From Mariprofundales bacterium (GTDB lineage: Bacteria > Pseudomonadota > Zetaproteobacteria > Mariprofundales > J009), in assembly GCA_030950645.1 (NCBI GenBank), contig JAUZRF010000007.1, forward strand, positions 1-59,624: DNA of 59,624 nt, read 5' to 3'. The translations under genes were made by a program, and so were the position numbers. This document shows, one piece after another, positions 54,186 to 59,624 of this stretch (position 1 is its first letter; every line of letters begins with the position of its first letter). The notes below the pieces were generated by a model that saw only the letters and a program-made list of their open reading frames with translations, was not told the origin of the DNA and did not search any database.

Positions 54186-54850
54186 TCGGAGTGCGGTAGG
54201 CCGAAGGTGGGCAGAAGTTGGGAAAAGTGGTCGATCGCCGTTACTTGATCGCGCAGATCCTCAGGTAGCGGCTGGTAGCCATGGGAGATATGCACCGTGG
54301 TATGGCAACCAGCAGCGATACCCGCTTCGAGATCAAAGCGGGTATCGCCGACCATGATGGTCTCGTTCGTCGGTACCCCCATCACCTCGCAGCAGGCCAG
54401 CAGCATGTCGGGCGCTGGTTTTTTGGCATAGCCATCCTCAGGTGATAGTGCGTGGCTGAATAGCGGTATAATATCCAGTATTTCCAGCACCTTAATGCGG
54501 GCAACAGTTGGTTTAGCGGTGACACAGGCGAGTTTTACCCCGGCATGGTTCAAGGTCTGCAGCGTCTCCATCACCCCAGGGAACGGGCGTCCGAAATCGG
54601 CGGGGTGTTGGACATAAATCTGCGTGAAACGGTGGTAAAGCGCCATGGTTTCAGGGTCATCCATCGCCTTGCCCAGCACCGAAGCGGCCAGCTTTTGTGC
54701 GCCACCACCGACATGGGGTCGGGTTTGATCGCTACTCAACTGGAAATCGTAGCCCAGCTCCTGTAGCGCCATGTTCACATTGGCGCGTATATCAGGAAGG
54801 GCATCCACTAGGGTGCCATCGAGATCGAAGATCGCTGCACGCGCATTCAT
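54182..54850 (-). CDS. gph: HAD-family phosphatase, phosphoglycolate phosphatase-like
   Basis: AAIFDLDGTLVD motif I and VGDTRFDLEAG motif IV. Confidence 0.7.
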   Translation of the reverse strand: MNARAAIFDLDGTLVDALPDIRANVNMALQELGYDFQLSSDQTRPHVGGGAQKLAASVLGKAMDDPETMALYHRFTQIYVQHPADFGRPFPGVMETLQTLNHAGVKLACVTAKPTVARIKVLEILDIIPLFSHALSPEDGYAKKPAPDMLLACCEVMGVPTNETIMVGDTRFDLEAGIAAGCHTTVHISHGYQPLPEDLRDQVTAIDHFSQLLPTFGLPHSE

Positions 54851-54861
54851 AGCTAGCGCGG

Positions 54862-55581
54862 TTACTCGATTGCCAGCAGTTCTACATCAAAGATCAAGGT
54901 GCTGTTGGGGCCGATTTTTCCACCAGCGCCACGCTTGCCGTAGGCTAGATCTGATGGCAAGAAGAGGCGGATTTTGCCGCCGACCTTGATCAGTTGCAGC
55001 CCTTCGGTCCAGCCTTTGATGACGCCATTGAGCGGAAAACTGACCGGCTTGCCACGGTCGTAGGAGGAGTCGAATACGGTGCCATCAATCAGGGTACCTT
55101 TGTAATTGACTTTGACCTTGTCCGTCGCCTTGGGTACTGCGCCATCGCCTTCGGTGAGAATGATATATTGCAGGCCGCTAGCGGTGGTCTTTACCCCCGC
55201 TTTTTTGGCGTTCTCTGCTAGGAAGGCTTCCCCCGCTTTTTTGTTTTTCCCTCCCTTTGCTTTGCGTGCAAACATCGCTTTCTCCTGTTTCTTTTTCATC
55301 GTGGTTTGAATGACTTTGCGCGCATCTGCTGGAGATATTCTGGGTTTGCCATGGTCGATGGAGGTCTGGATCGCTTCGAGCAGTGCCGCTTTGTCGAGCT
55401 TGACCGGAAAGCGTTGCAGCGAGGAGCCAAAGTTGAGGCCAACTGCGTAGCTAAATTTGCTACTTTCACTTTTCAATGGGGTGGGTGCGGCGTTGCTTGA
55501 GGTTGCCTCGCTGCTACAGGCACCGACCAATAGCGCAGCGGTAGCCAGTGCAATGGTGGTGAATTTTTTGGAAGGGTTCAT
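54862..55581 (-). CDS. FKBP-type peptidyl-prolyl cis-trans isomerase (FkpA/FklB/Mip-like lipoprotein)
   Basis: C-terminal FKBP domain ..VNYKGTLIDGTVFDSS...GVIKGWTEGL...LAYG.. ATG 55581 has an AAGGAG RBS and an LVGAC lipobox. The ORF track extends to 55620. Confidence 0.85.
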   Translation of the reverse strand: MNPSKKFTTIALATAALLVGACSSEATSSNAAPTPLKSESSKFSYAVGLNFGSSLQRFPVKLDKAALLEAIQTSIDHGKPRISPADARKVIQTTMKKKQEKAMFARKAKGGKNKKAGEAFLAENAKKAGVKTTASGLQYIILTEGDGAVPKATDKVKVNYKGTLIDGTVFDSSYDRGKPVSFPLNGVIKGWTEGLQLIKVGGKIRLFLPSDLAYGKRGAGGKIGPNSTLIFDVELLAIE

Positions 55582-55603
55582 AGGGATGCTCCTTAGAATT
55601 AAA

Positions 55604-55682
55604 GTAACTACCCAGTTCACTCCCGGTTTTTCCGATAGCGGCGTTGAAAAATGCGCATTTACAGTACAACCTGAGCAGTTAC
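55604..55682 (+). mobile_element. MITE copy with ~42-bp internal deletion (79 bp)
   Basis: GTAACTACCCAGTTCACTCCCGG...CATTTACAGTAcaaCCTGAGCAGTTAC. 7/8 TSD GAATTAAA (55596-55603) / GAATTGAA (55683-55690). Confidence 0.85.
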
Positions 55683-55730
55683 GAATTGAAAAGGCGGCGC
55701 ACTCTAGGTGATGGGATGGGACTCGTCACC

Positions 55731-57320
55731 CTAAGGGAGAATTCCCTCGGTGGTCCGAAACTTTACAGTTAGGCGTGTGCACAAGAATACGATCGCTAGC
55801 AGGCTGAACAGCAGCATTGGCCAGTCGCCAAAGTGCACATAGGGGGTGATGGTGCTGATTGGGTGCACCACGCCGCGAACCACACCTTGCTGCCACCAGG
55901 GGATGGTGGTGCGGATGGTGCCGTCGGGGGCGATGATGGCAGAGACGCCGGTATTTGCTGCGCGCAGCACAAAGCGGTCGCTCTCGACGGCACGCATCTG
56001 GGATGCTTGTAGGTGTTCCCATGAGGCTGGGGTGCGGTCATACCAAGCATCGTTGGTCAGCACGGCGATCAGGTTGGCACCGTGCAGGATGCGGGTGCGC
56101 ATCTCATCGGAAAAGATCGATTCGTAACAGATCAGGGTGGCGATTTTTAGGGGAGTGGTTCCGCGTGGCACCGTCACCACGCCAGAATCATGGGCGGGCT
56201 GGAAGTTGCCGATATCTGGCACCAATTTGTGCAACCACGGCACCCATGATGGCACATACTCACCGAACGGAACCAGATGATGCTTGCCAACAAAGGGTAT
56301 CGATTGTTGTCCCGGCACCAGTAGCCAGGCGCCATTCGATGCGGTGCCATCCTCCATCTGGCGCAGACCGCCGAAGAGCAGAGGGGTGTGCCAGTGCTCC
56401 ACCTGTTTGCGTAGCCATTGTCGCCAGCCGGGGGCATGGGAGAGGAAGAACGGGGTGGCGGCCTCGGGCCAGACGATGAGATCGCTCTTTCCTGCACCAG
56501 ACTTGATGCCAGAAGAGAGCGTTACTAACCGTTGCATGATGGTGGTTAGTCGGGTGCGATCCCATTTGGCATCCTGGGAGACATTGGGTTGCACCAGTGT
56601 GACCTGAATCGGTGGGGAGGTGGGGGTGTCGGGGGTGGGCGCAGTGACGGCGATCAGTAGGCAGAGCAGACCCATGACCAATGCTGGGGCGCGCAGCGCG
56701 CGTTGTTGCCATGCTATCGCACCGGTCACCAGCGTTGCCGCGAGGAGTGCGGGTATCAGCGAGAGGCCGAGGCCACCGACGACGCTGCCCCAGCCAATCC
56801 AGGGGGTGTTTAGGGTGAGGATGCCGAGCTCGGTCCAGGGCAGGCCGGTAAAAAGGTGGCCACGAAGCCACTCTTCGGGCACTGCAAGCAGGGGAAAAAT
56901 GATCAGTAGTGCTAGGGTATCTTGGCGCGAAAGTTTTCGGGCAAGCCAGCCCCACAGGGCAGGATAAATGGCCAGAACCACACCGGCAAGAAGCTGAAAT
57001 GCGATGGCGGCACTCCACGGCAGGTGGCCATAATGGTGAAAGGTGACCGCCAGCCACCACGATCCGAAGCCGAACCAGCCCAAGCCAAAGGCGAAACTGA
57101 GGCGAAAGGGGGCATGGGTGCGTAGCAGCAATCCGAGCCAGATAACGAGTGCCAGCGGGGCCAACCACTGCTGATCGTAGGGGGCAAAGGCAAATGGCAT
57201 TAAGCAGCCTGCCGCGAAGTTGAGGATGAACGCGGGCAGGCTAAATGGTCGTATCGCTACTGGGGGGGTGAACGCTTCACCGGGGTATAAGTCACCCCCT
57301 CGATGGCGTAGAGAACTCAT
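55731..57320 (-). CDS. lnt: Apolipoprotein N-acyltransferase
   Basis: 529 aa with an N-terminal polytopic domain and a C-terminal CN-hydrolase domain (..LIVWPE.., ..LICYES..). Confidence 0.9.
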   Translation of the reverse strand: MSSLRHRGGDLYPGEAFTPPVAIRPFSLPAFILNFAAGCLMPFAFAPYDQQWLAPLALVIWLGLLLRTHAPFRLSFAFGLGWFGFGSWWLAVTFHHYGHLPWSAAIAFQLLAGVVLAIYPALWGWLARKLSRQDTLALLIIFPLLAVPEEWLRGHLFTGLPWTELGILTLNTPWIGWGSVVGGLGLSLIPALLAATLVTGAIAWQQRALRAPALVMGLLCLLIAVTAPTPDTPTSPPIQVTLVQPNVSQDAKWDRTRLTTIMQRLVTLSSGIKSGAGKSDLIVWPEAATPFFLSHAPGWRQWLRKQVEHWHTPLLFGGLRQMEDGTASNGAWLLVPGQQSIPFVGKHHLVPFGEYVPSWVPWLHKLVPDIGNFQPAHDSGVVTVPRGTTPLKIATLICYESIFSDEMRTRILHGANLIAVLTNDAWYDRTPASWEHLQASQMRAVESDRFVLRAANTGVSAIIAPDGTIRTTIPWWQQGVVRGVVHPISTITPYVHFGDWPMLLFSLLAIVFLCTRLTVKFRTTEGILP

Positions 57321-58159
57321 TTCTGTGACGATTCCAAATGGCGCGCCGATACCCGAATCACCCGTCTAGGATCAGCCTCTAAGATACGGAAGTCGAGGCC
57401 GGACACCTTGACCCGCTCGCCCTGACGCGGAATACGCTGGAGCTGGCTGATGATCAATCCGCCTACGGTATCATAATCGCCTTGAGGAAGCTTGATCTGT
57501 AATGCCTCCTCAAACTCCTCAATGTGCATGCGCGTCAGCACCTCATAGCGACCATCCTCCTGCAAAACGCACTCGGACTCTTCCGGGCCGGAGCGTTGGG
57601 CATCGTTGAGTGGCCCGACGATTTCGCTGAGCATGTCCGAGAGCGAGACCAGACCGGCGACCCCTCCATACTCATCTTGCACAATGGCAAGGTGAACGCC
57701 GGTTTTTATTCCTTGGAGTACGCCGGAGACGCGTTGTAGTTCGGCAACATGCATGCACGGACTGGCAAGATCGATGAGCGCGGGCGCGTCGCTATGCTCA
57801 ATCTGGAGGCGAAACAGATCCCATACATGGATCACCCCCAGCATATGGTCGAGATCGTGTTCGATCAGTGGTGCGCGACTAATGCCGTGTTTTACCATTA
57901 AGGCGCGCGCCGTATCTAAGGTCATGTTGGTGTGCAGCGCGATGATCTCGGAGCGCGGCGTCATTACCTCGCGTATCCGCGTCTCTTTCATGTCGATGAT
58001 GTGTTCAAGCATCTGACGCTGCGTGTCGGAACGCACCGCTTCTGCGCGGCTAAGAACTTCAAGGAGCTCGTGGTCATTTTTCCCCGGTCGGAGCCAGTGA
58101 ATGATCCAATGTCGCAATCGCTGACGGTAGGTGGCGGGGAGGGTGTCGGGCGCGGTCAT
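57317..58159 (-). CDS. corC: CBS-pair / CorC_HlyC-domain magnesium-cobalt efflux-related protein
   Basis: Two CBS domains plus a C-terminal transporter-associated domain. Lies in the canonical ybeZ-ybeY-corC-lnt order. Confidence 0.85.
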   Translation of the reverse strand: MTAPDTLPATYRQRLRHWIIHWLRPGKNDHELLEVLSRAEAVRSDTQRQMLEHIIDMKETRIREVMTPRSEIIALHTNMTLDTARALMVKHGISRAPLIEHDLDHMLGVIHVWDLFRLQIEHSDAPALIDLASPCMHVAELQRVSGVLQGIKTGVHLAIVQDEYGGVAGLVSLSDMLSEIVGPLNDAQRSGPEESECVLQEDGRYEVLTRMHIEEFEEALQIKLPQGDYDTVGGLIISQLQRIPRQGERVKVSGLDFRILEADPRRVIRVSARHLESSQK

Positions 58160-58163
58160 TGGA

Positions 58164-58631
58164 TTATGCCTTCTCCGGCCATGGGCAATGAAGATGCAAT
58201 TGTTTCATGATGTTACACTCATGATTGCGCATGGTTGTGCCCGCATTTTTTTCGGCATGATCAAAGCCAAGCAGGTGTAGCGTGCCATGGATCAGCAGGT
58301 GGATGAGGTGATCCGCAAACGGCAGATGAAGCCGTTCGGCCTCTTGCTTCACGAAGGGGATCGCAACAACGATATCCCCCAACCCTGCTGTGGGATCAAT
58401 CCTCCCCTCCTGCATCGGAAAGGCGAGTACATCGGTCACCTCATCCATCTCACGCCAATGGCTATTCAACGCTTGCATGGCGGGGTTGTCGGCGAGGAGG
58501 ATGCAGAGTTCGGGTTGATCCGAGCTGCGGCATGGCATCTCAACCGCACGCAGGGTAGCAACAATGGCCTGCGTGATGGCCGCATCGGAGGGGAGCTCCG
58601 TCCACGCCTGATCGTGCACTACCTCAATCAT
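58164..58631 (-). CDS. ybeY: rRNA maturation endoribonuclease YbeY
   Basis: Zn-binding [11 protein letters not shown] motif. Start trimmed to ATG 58631. The ORF track extends to 58757. Confidence 0.9.
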   Translation of the reverse strand: MIEVVHDQAWTELPSDAAITQAIVATLRAVEMPCRSSDQPELCILLADNPAMQALNSHWREMDEVTDVLAFPMQEGRIDPTAGLGDIVVAIPFVKQEAERLHLPFADHLIHLLIHGTLHLLGFDHAEKNAGTTMRNHECNIMKQLHLHCPWPEKA

Positions 58632-59622
58632 CGTGGTTGTCGTATGCGCCGACAATATCTGCGACCAGACGGTGGCGCACCACATCGCATCGATCCATAC
58701 GGCAGATCGCGACATCATCGATATGCTCCAGCACCTGCAAGGCGTGGAGCAGGCCACTGTGGCTTTTCTTGGGGAGATCGATTTGGGAAATGTCGCCAGT
58801 TACCACCATCTTGGAGCCGAATCCGAGCCGGGTGAGGAACATCTTCATCTGGGTGCGGGTGGTGTTTTGCGCCTCATCAAGAATGACGAAAGCATCGTTG
58901 AGGGTGCGTCCGCGCATGTAGGCCAGCGGTGCGATTTCGATGCGTCCATCCTCCTGAAACTTGGCCATGCGGTCGCTGCCCAGCATGTCGATCAGGGCAT
59001 CAAATAGCGGCCGCAGGTAGGGGTCAACCTTCTGCTGGAGATCGCCGGGGAGAAAGCCAAGCCGCTCGCCCGCCTCCACCGCAGGGCGGGTCAGGATGAT
59101 GCGCTCAACCTGCCCAGAGAGCAGGTCAGAGACGGCAGATGCGACCGCCAACCAGCTCTTCCCGGAGCCTGCCGGTCCCATGGAAAGGGTGAGCGTGTTG
59201 CTGTGGATCATCGCCAGATAGTGGCGCTGATTGGGCGATTTCCCCCGCACTTGACGGCGTCCTGCATCAAGCACCAACGCCTCGGTTTGCCCTTGCTGCT
59301 CGCCACGCGGCAGGCTGGAATCTTCGCTGGCTTCTGCTGGTGGCTGGGTGGTTGAAGCATGCATGATCTGTTCAACATCCTCAGGCGGAAGGGGCTCTCC
59401 TGCGCGCACCTGTACGGTCATGGTGGTGAGGGCGTTGGCAGCTTGTTGGCAGCGTTCGCCTGAGATTTTCCAGTCGCCGATGGCGCCTAAAATATGCACG
59501 CCGAAGCAGGCTTCGATACGACGCAAGGTGTCATGCTCATGGCCACATAAGGTGGCGAGTTGATCGGTGCTGAGATCCGTCAGCTGTAGGGTGGTGGTGG
59601 TCTGATTTATGGTGTGCTCCAA
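58624..59622 (-). CDS. phoH: PhoH-like ATPase (YbeZ)
   Basis: Walker [12 protein letters not shown] and the ..ILDEAQN.. box. The apparent TTG start lies 2 nt from the window edge, so the N-terminus may be incomplete. Confidence 0.85.
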   Translation of the reverse strand: MEHTINQTTTTLQLTDLSTDQLATLCGHEHDTLRRIEACFGVHILGAIGDWKISGERCQQAANALTTMTVQVRAGEPLPPEDVEQIMHASTTQPPAEASEDSSLPRGEQQGQTEALVLDAGRRQVRGKSPNQRHYLAMIHSNTLTLSMGPAGSGKSWLAVASAVSDLLSGQVERIILTRPAVEAGERLGFLPGDLQQKVDPYLRPLFDALIDMLGSDRMAKFQEDGRIEIAPLAYMRGRTLNDAFVILDEAQNTTRTQMKMFLTRLGFGSKMVVTGDISQIDLPKKSHSGLLHALQVLEHIDDVAICRMDRCDVVRHRLVADIVGAYDNHDD

Positions 59623-59624
59623 AA

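Noticed and set aside
56260-57168. A 302-aa ORF overlaps lnt on the same strand in another frame. Similar long shadow ORFs lie at 13282-13950, 34042-34743, 37170-37856 and 47457-48134.
   Set aside because: These ORFs are Arg/Pro/Ala/Gly-rich, low-complexity translations typical of off-frame reading in GC-rich coding DNA. Each lies fully inside a well-supported conserved gene, with no RBS and no recognisable motifs.

Overview
This is a 59.6-kb chromosomal segment from a Gram-negative, Proteobacteria-like bacterium, mid-50s % G+C by eye. The syntenies phoH-ybeY-corC-lnt and aroQ-accB-accC support that placement. I did not try to name the species.

I can support about 62 protein genes, most on the minus strand and nearly all housekeeping:
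- Efflux: an ArsR-TolC-MFP-RND operon.
- Sulfur-related: a DUF2892-rhodanese-TPMT-AhpD-like cluster.
- Core metabolism and information processing: accBC, aroQ, thiS, glnE, tilS, birA, nadC, ispG, icd, hppA, trmB, trxA, gcvPB, manC, cysC, cysS, argF, argD, thiD, thiE, gph, lnt, corC, ybeY, phoH.
- Transport and sensing: rnfE, a ZnuABC-like transporter, and a PAS + MCP chemoreceptor pair.
- DNA repair: a DinG-like helicase.
- RNA genes: one tRNA-Glu(UUC).

I found no rRNA, CRISPR array, cas genes, intact transposase, prophage or obvious defence island.

The feature that ordinary annotation would miss is non-coding. A ~121-bp almost perfectly palindromic element, plus a 32-37-bp companion module, sits at about 24 loci. 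By hand count that is about 3.1 kb, or about 5% of the window. Its termini are GTAACTACTCAG / CTGAGCAGTTAC.
- Ten loci carry perfect 8-bp target-site duplications and three carry 7/8 matches, so the copies are transposition products (a MITE family).
- One locus is a nested insertion into another copy's own terminus.
- Several insertions lie exactly on gene junctions. They now supply C-terminal tails or stop codons to accC, nadC, thiE, birA, gcvPB and a lipoprotein gene.
- Other insertions split formerly translationally coupled gene pairs (znuC/znuB, lipoprotein/ispG).
- One copy truncates a RAYT-like (IS200/IS605 Y1) transposase pseudogene.

Secondary observations are two other inverted-repeat structures, G/C homopolymer tracts (C10 inside the LMW-PTP gene, G9 ahead of the PAS gene), and some unusual gene neighbourhoods.

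All calls come from reading the sequence and the ORF track. No database search was possible, so novelty claims are untested and product names rest on recognised motifs.
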